DNA from: Obrimoposthia wandeli
Lineage: Eukaryota
DNA length: 53,351 bases
Direction: 5' to 3'
Assembly: GCA_977020255.1 (NCBI GenBank)
Contig: CDROCS010004697.1
Location: forward strand, 1-53,351
The notes under the pieces were generated by a model. The model was not told the origin of the DNA, made no database searches, and saw only the letters and a list, made by a program, of their open reading frames with translations. A program made the translations under genes and the position numbers. This document shows, piece after piece, positions 53,301 through 53,351 of this stretch. Every line of letters begins with the position of its first letter. Position 1 is the stretch's first letter.

Positions 53301-53351
53301 AGAAGAGCTTCGTTTTCCCCACCTGACGGTACACTTGATACTCAATATCTC
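29388..53351 (-). CDS. MYO7A: Unconventional myosin VIIa (crinkled), 5'-incomplete; several exons carry apparent indels
   Basis: Exons in transcription order: about 53322-53120, 52001-51776, 51727-51618, 51082-50951, 50593-50043, 49819-49543, 47921-47493, 47334-47107, 47046-46897, 46260-46001, 42118-41949, 41888-41603, 41282-40932, 40082-39924, 38458-38356, 38138-37835, 35475-35354, 35210-35141, 33287-33168, 33038-32955, 31906-31787, 29468-29388. Diagnostic peptides: [10 protein letters not shown] motifs, [62 protein letters not shown]3 (KGDLIVL...WWYG...GDFP), [55 protein letters not shown]. Confidence 0.93.
30183..30656. repeat. 108-109-bp tandem repeat, about 4.4 copies, in the last myosin intron
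   Basis: ACTTTGAGTAGTT... recurs at 30183, 30292, 30400, 30509 and 30618. Confidence 0.93.
34380..34760 (+). mobile_element. Highly degraded mariner remnant
   Basis: Reads [10 protein letters not shown] and [18 protein letters not shown]...[18 protein letters not shown], resembling the mariner C-terminus (SPDLAPSDF...FY-GI--L--RW). Confidence 0.4.
35950..36175 (-). mobile_element. Tc1-like transposase fragment
   Basis: [26 protein letters not shown] matches the Tc1 R-FA--H--W--V-FSDE motif around the first catalytic Asp. Confidence 0.6.
38538..38783. mobile_element. Putative 246-bp piggyBac-type MITE
   Basis: 10-bp inverted ends CCCATTAATG / CATTAATGGG, flanked by GTAA on the left and TTAA on the right. 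Confidence 0.5.
41331..41610. repeat. 70-bp tandem repeat, 4 copies, overlapping a myosin exon/intron junction
   Basis: TCTTGTGACT recurs at 41341, 41411, 41481 and 41551. Each unit contains the minus-strand junction ACTTCCG/GTATG. Confidence 0.95.
44825..45990. repeat. Low-complexity pyrimidine-rich tract (CTCCATCTTC-like on +)
   Basis: Almost all C/T with interspersed A; recurrent CTCCATCTTC words. Confidence 0.9.
47930..49530. repeat. Low-complexity purine-rich tract (GGAAGATGGAGTGAGATGAT-like on +)
   Basis: Fills almost the whole intron 47922-49542; recurrent GAAGGAAGATGGAGTGAGATGATGGAGGTAGAT units. Confidence 0.92.
51093..51555. repeat. Degenerate (GAGAGT)n / (GA)n microsatellite
   Basis: Continuous GAGAGTGAGAGA-type repeats filling most of intron 51083-51617. 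Confidence 0.92.

Noticed and set aside
47493-53351. Programmed frameshifting or TGA recoding in myosin
   Set aside because: No consistent slippery motif, both insertions and deletions occur, lesions are positionally clustered, and TGA is the true myosin stop at 29388-29390.

Overview
This is eukaryotic (metazoan, probably invertebrate) genomic DNA with GC-richer exons, AT-rich introns and many very short introns (46-60 nt); the taxon cannot be determined from sequence alone. Two spliced genes converge tail to tail. On + is a 5'-incomplete PDIA5/PDIR-like protein disulfide isomerase (15 exons in window, 865-20259). It has four CxxC thioredoxin domains, then an E/K/R-rich repeat helix, a degenerate thioredoxin-like domain and a C-terminal KQEL. 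On - is a 5'-incomplete myosin VIIa (end of motor, IQ, MyTH4-FERM-SH3-MyTH4-FERM; 29388 to beyond 53351). Several myosin exons, mostly above 47.4 kb, carry small indels that look like consensus errors. Between the genes lies a complete piggyBac element (TTAA target duplication, TIRs, 19-bp palindromic internal repeats) whose transposase has one frameshift, plus a nearby inverted 271-bp fragment of the same transposase. Introns hold a mariner nested in a mariner, Tigger, hAT, Tc1, LINE and LTR remnants, MITEs, tandem repeats and long purine/pyrimidine tracts. I found no rRNA, tRNA or CRISPR and no clearly new multi-gene system. The most interesting items are the expanded PDI architecture and several repeat/splice-site configurations. 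All family assignments come from recalled motifs and manual translation, not database searches.
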